This document shows, piece by piece, positions 58,853 through 64,000 of a DNA stretch of 64,000 bases. The notes beneath the pieces are model-generated. The model was not told the origin of the DNA, made no database searches, and saw nothing but the letters and a program-made list of their open reading frames with translations. Source of the stretch: Eledone cirrhosa (taxonomy: Eukaryota). The stretch's first letter is position 1. Each line of letters begins with the position of its first letter. The DNA is taken from NCBI GenBank assembly GCA_964016885.1, contig OZ024740.1:317440001-317504000 (forward strand), read 5' to 3'. The position numbers and the translations under genes are program-made.

Positions 58853-59829
58853 TATGAATAAATAAAATAATAATAATAATAATAATATAATGAGTATAAC
58901 TGAGGTTGCAGCTGCGAGTAGCAAGTTCGCAATCGATTTTTGGAGACCGCCACGAAGCACTCAGTGAGAGAGAAATCAATAAGTTACTCCTCAGAATAAA
59001 CAATATAAGTTAGGTAATGTGACACAATGAGAAATGCGACAAGAGGTGTGTTGCCACCTTAATTCTACAACAAGGAAAAAATAGAGACATATATAAATGG
59101 GCACGTGCGCGCGTGTGTGTGTGAGTTTGTAGGTAGGTATTCATGTATGCATGTATGTATATATGTATGTATCTATGTATGTATGTACGAGAGAAAAAAA
59201 ACCTGTGGCTTCGGAAGCATCCGATGATTTTGACCACTTCTCCTTCAGGTAGTGTTTTCGGTGCTCAGAGAGTGGGATTGGTCGATTGCAAGAACTTTCC
59301 TCACTTAAAAAAACCTTCAAAGCACAGGCATTGCTTGTTCAGGATATGTTATAGGTTCGTGTGGCTGACTGTAGCCTAAAGGTGCACCATTTTCTGTAAT
59401 CTAATAAGCGATTGCAGTACTCTTAGATAAGTTTGCAGCCACCATGTATGCATGTATGTATGCATGCATGGCATTCCTGGCCATAGGCAAGTCCTTAGCA
59501 GGACTAAAAAGCCACGTCCGTAATGCGCATGCTTAAGTATCTAGCGTTGGCATTACTCAAAATTGAGTTGCAGCCATCGTATGTGTGTATATGTATGTGT
59601 GTTCTTCTGGTTTTATAATTTCACAAATTTTTGCCAATAGAGAGAGAGTCGGTTTCTAACATAGACACAAGGCTTTCTCATTGGAATTTACATAACATTA
59701 ACTAGGTAGATTATGTATGCATGCCTGCATGTGTAGATATAGATGTTATTGTATGTGTGGATGTGTATGTTTTGAGTTGTATGTGTGCATGTATATACGC
59801 TTTGTATCTGTACATGTGTATATGCAGTT

Positions 59830-60438
59830 ATTAGATGCAAAATATTTGGAATGTTTTACATATTTTTACTGTTCCATTAATGGATTGTACGTATAATTTC
59901 CTAACTAGTTGTGTTCTTTCTGTTCATGTGAAGCCTAGCTTCTCAAGATTTGTATTGAGGCAGTTACTAACATACCCCAGTGCCCCAATAATCACAGGTA
60001 TAATCAGGGTGGAGTAGCTGCAGATTTCTCATTAGTTCTGCATAGATATTCTCCTTTTCGCTAATGTTTAATATTATATTGGCATCTGATGGGCAGCTAA
60101 CTTCCACTACTGTGTATGCTTTCTTTTCCCTGTCCCATATCATTATATCTGGTCTGTTATGTCTGCATTTTATTGGGGTTTTTAGTGGAACATTCCACCA
60201 GTACTCTTTAATATTATGTATATGTATGTCTTCCACATTGCTGTAGTTTTTAATGTGTTTATTGTCGGGGCTATCTTTTCTACGGATTGCACTGTACAGT
60301 GTTTTGGCCACTACATCATGCCTCATAGGTAGATAGAACCGCGATGACATCTTTGGACAGCTTCTTATGACATGGGTGACATCTTCGATGTTAATTCTGC
60401 AGAGTCTCCACTTATCATATCTAGATGTTTTGCCTGCA
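59830..60438 (-). pseudogene. Second R4/Dong-like LINE 3' fragment
   Basis: MSSRFYLPMRHD...RPDIMIWD...VEVSCP; abuts (TATG)n. Confidence 0.8.
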
Positions 60439-60528
60439 TTATGTATGTATGTATGTATGTATGTATGTATGTATGTATCTATGTATGTATGTATGTATGT
60501 ATGTATGTATGTATGTATGTATGTATGT

Positions 60529-61130
60529 CAGGTCACCAGTTGGTGCTACTGGTAACATGTATCCCAGTACAACCTGTCTCATGGCGACTAAACTGGCAAC
60601 CCCACCAAGGTTTCTTGGTGAGGAGGGTGACTTTGGACATCCTGCAGGACTAAAAACAAAACCTGGCAAAAGGGCAAAGGAGCTCTTAAGAGTCAATGGC
60701 CATCCAAAATCACCGGGAGAGTTGACCCCTTAGCCTTTGTCAAGGCAGAATTCTAGGAGAAGGAAAACTCTGATATAACACCTGCAACCCTGATGGTATC
60801 CGATGATGTTGACTTGTTCTTCTTTTTGGTAAATATCATCTTGGTTAAGAGAGTGGGACTGGCTTTGTGCAGTGCCTTTGCTCACTATAAAAGCTTCACG
60901 GCACAGGCATTGCTTTATATCTGGAGATCTCTCTGCACTTGTTATCACATGGTACCATGGGCCCAGCACTATGTGTCAATAATTGTCACAAGTGTAGTGT
61001 TTGTACCAGAGTTTTCAAGTCGCTGGCTGGACTAAAAAGTCACACTTGTTCAGCGCATCGGTAGGCGTTCTCCTACATGGATATAAAGTAGTGGCCGTAC
61101 TCGAAAACGAGTTGGCAGCCACCATGTATG
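60529..61130 (+). mobile_element. Second copy of the 46482-47095 element
   Basis: Near-identical sequence with small deletions. Confidence 0.8.
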
Positions 61131-61389
61131 TATATACCGGACGCTGAACCACCTCGCTATCATGCAGGAAAACATACCCCCCCCCCCCCTCCGCTATATG
61201 GTAAGCCTCCATTCTCATTTTTCCTTTATTATTTCTCTTTTAACCTTTTCTCTCCTAAATTCTCTCTCGTTTCTCCCCCGAAGAACTAAACCCGATACAG
61301 TGAAGACACATCTTTACTCATTTCATATTTTTTGTAATTGCTCTCCGTGTTTGTTTTACATTTTTATACCATGTTTTCTCTCTCTCTCT

Positions 61390-61468
<79 letters not shown>

Positions 61469-61528
61469 AATATATATTTATATACAATAATAACGAGCCA
61501 GACAATTAGATATCGCCTTGGGTCGCCG

Positions 61529-61595
<67 letters not shown>

Positions 61596-61607
61596 GTATT
61601 TATTAAA

Positions 61608-61684
<77 letters not shown>

Positions 61685-62064
61685 ATGGCGGTTACGAATA
61701 AACAAAACGAAATGAAAAAAAAAAACTGTTGCCTTAGATTTAATCCGGTTTGTGACTATTCAATTATTGATGCTTGCTCATGTTACTATGATGTTAGGGT
61801 GACATTTGATAATTGTAGTTATTATAAGTAGACGACAACTGTCTTGACATCATGGACGATATCACTATTGTACGAATAAGAAATTGACATTGACTGTCTG
61901 AAATATATTATAAGGCAATGCTGGAAAACAATCCTCTTAGTTTATCTTGTGATTTTAAAACACTTTCTCTGTTGGTGTCATTTGCAGGCTTGATGAGATG
62001 ATAAAACTTTCACATAATGAATATGTACAAAATTTGGCTTCATATTAATAGTAAAAAAAAGGAG

Positions 62065-62465
62065 GAGGTTATTTTGTTGGTCCCAGTAATATAGACCCCC
62101 ATCCCAGGATATTTTGCCGGTAAGAGTGCCAGACACCAAGCTTTGCAGCATAGAAATGCGACCCTTTACGGTCTGATTTCAAATCCGGGTAAGGTTAGCG
62201 TTGCCTTATGTGGTCAATAAAATAAAGCACCAGTAATGTACTGGGATCAATTTAATTGACTTTCCCATCTTCTAAAATTGTTGTGAAGGCAAGTAATGCT
62301 AGAGATAACACAGATTTAACACAGAAGTTTATTTATTCCCACCACTAATTATTAAGATAATTTAAACCTTAACCCTAAACCCTAACCCTAACTCAAACCC
62401 AACACTAACACTAACACTATTAAAAAATCATGTTTGTCTATTTTATCGGGACCAGCAAAATAGCC
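62065..62465. mobile_element. Small element with inverted ends, an internal (CCCTAA)-like tract and a nested SINE
   Basis: aggttattttgttggtccc and gggaccagcaaaatagcct; taaccctaaaccctaaccctaa at about 62370. Confidence 0.5.
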
Positions 62466-62868
62466 TATTCGTAAAAAATCAAAAAAAATCCAGCATCTAA
62501 GAACGCAGCATTTTCAAACTCTCATAAGAAATTCAACAATATTTTGTAGATCTATTAAAATATGATTCTGCAGATGAAACCAAACCAGGAAAGCTCAGAA
62601 ACATATACCCATAACATGCAGAGAAAACAGCTTAACACTTCAAATGTCTAGAAGAAGAGAGGTTGAAGACCAAACAAAAGTCACTTGCCGAAATGTTTAA
62701 GTCACAGACCAGTAATAATGAGTTAGGTATGAAATGAATTTTGATCACTAAGAAATATAGAACCCATTTCACAGCTCTAGCATCACTCCTTTATAGTCAG
62801 CCTATGGACTTTTCAGCCGAGCCTCGTGTGTGTATATATATAAATACCACCATATTACTTGGACGGTC

Positions 62869-62919
62869 GGCTTCCTGATGATTTCTCCCGAATGAAACAG
62901 TTCTAGTCCTGTAGAAGCC
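62869..62919 (+). ncRNA. Type I hammerhead ribozyme
   Basis: ggcttc-CTGATGA(62875)-tttc/gaat-GAAA(62894)-cag/ctg-TA-gaagcc; weak stem II. Confidence 0.72.
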
Positions 62920-62931
62920 TTTCTATATATT

Positions 62932-62992
<61 letters not shown>

Positions 62993-64000
62993 ACGATTGT
63001 TGGCTGAAAAGTTCATAGGCTGACCAAGATGCTCTCATTGAATGACCAAATGAAGTTTATTTCTCAACTGGAAAGAAACAATAAGAAGAGTTGAAATTAA
63101 TGTATGCAAGATTCCACAGCTCTAGCGTAGTACCACCCCGTGTCACGACTCAGCGACGAGCCACATTCTGTATAGGCATATCTAATTCACAATAATTCTA
63201 AAGTATATTTCAAGAAAGGTTTTTTTTTTTTCATAAAGTCTATTTTCTAAATCTGAAGATGCAACATTGAAAAATGTATGTATGTGTGTAAGTGTGTGTG
63301 TGTGTGTGTTTATGTAAGTGTGTGTGTGTGTAAGTGTATGTGTAAGTGTATACGTGTGTGTGTGTGTAAGTGTAAGTGTGTGTGTGTGTGTATGTGTGTG
63401 TAAGTATGTGTGTGTATGTGCGTGTCTGTGTAAGTGTGTGTGTTTGTGTGTATGTGTGTATGTGTGTGTGCGTGTGTGTGCGTGTGTGTGTGTCTGCGTA
63501 AGTGTGTGCGTGTCTGTTTGGGCAGTGTCATCCAGTGCCCTCACTTAGCGACTGCCCCCGTCTCGGTGTTTATATGCGAGGTGAGTTTTCGAGTAAAATT
63601 ATCTTTTTCTTTGGTGTAGTAGTTTAGTTTCCCTGCACGTAGGCCACACGTGGGCATCAAATCAAATAGAAGTTTTATGTTGTGAAGGTTTCATCATTAC
63701 CCTTCTTCCTTTTTTTTTTTTACTTTTGATGACATTTAGTAAAGTATTAGCAATATATTCAGGCGTTAAATAATCACGGAGCTGCTTATGATACATTGAA
63801 ATAAATGATTCTTTGTTCAGTTTAGTGAAATTAAAAAAGACATTTAATTTCAATAAATTGTTTTAATAATTACCATTGGTAGAAGGTATAATGGTAACAT
63901 TCTTAGAAGACGATGAAGAAGAAGACGAAGAAGAACAACAACAAAACGTGAAAAAAACCCCACCAAAACAACAACAACAGCAACAACCAAAACAACAACA

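Noticed and set aside
62365-62420. Telomere-like CCCTAA tract
   Set aside because: Only a few imperfect units inside a small repeat element; not evidence of a chromosome end or fusion

Overview
AT-rich, microsatellite-saturated animal genomic DNA; the SINE and LINE content suggests a cephalopod such as an octopus, which is inference only. No host protein-coding gene is supported, and most short ORFs are translations of (TA)n, (CA)n or (TATG)n. The window is a stack of mobile elements. Penelope-like elements (PLEs) include one nearly intact two-ORF copy, two 5'-truncated RT/GIY-YIG copies and a GIY-YIG remnant. Also present are R4/Dong-like, CRE-like and Tx1-like LINE fragments, bipartite RTE-like elements, a DD37D (maT) Tc1/mariner pseudogene, a hAT remnant, a non-autonomous Helitron, tRNA-derived SINEs and three minisatellites. 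The main hidden signal, read by eye, is about 18 well-formed and about 12 variant or degenerate type I hammerhead ribozyme motifs. They lie in many unrelated short elements between (TA)n tracts, often as tail-out foldbacks or circularly permuted tandem units, and many share a subterminal TCGAGTGC-like motif. The near-intact PLE has a coiled-coil ORF1 joined to RT by an in-phase U UUU UUA -1 slippery site. All RNA structures are manual predictions and untested, and boundaries are approximate.
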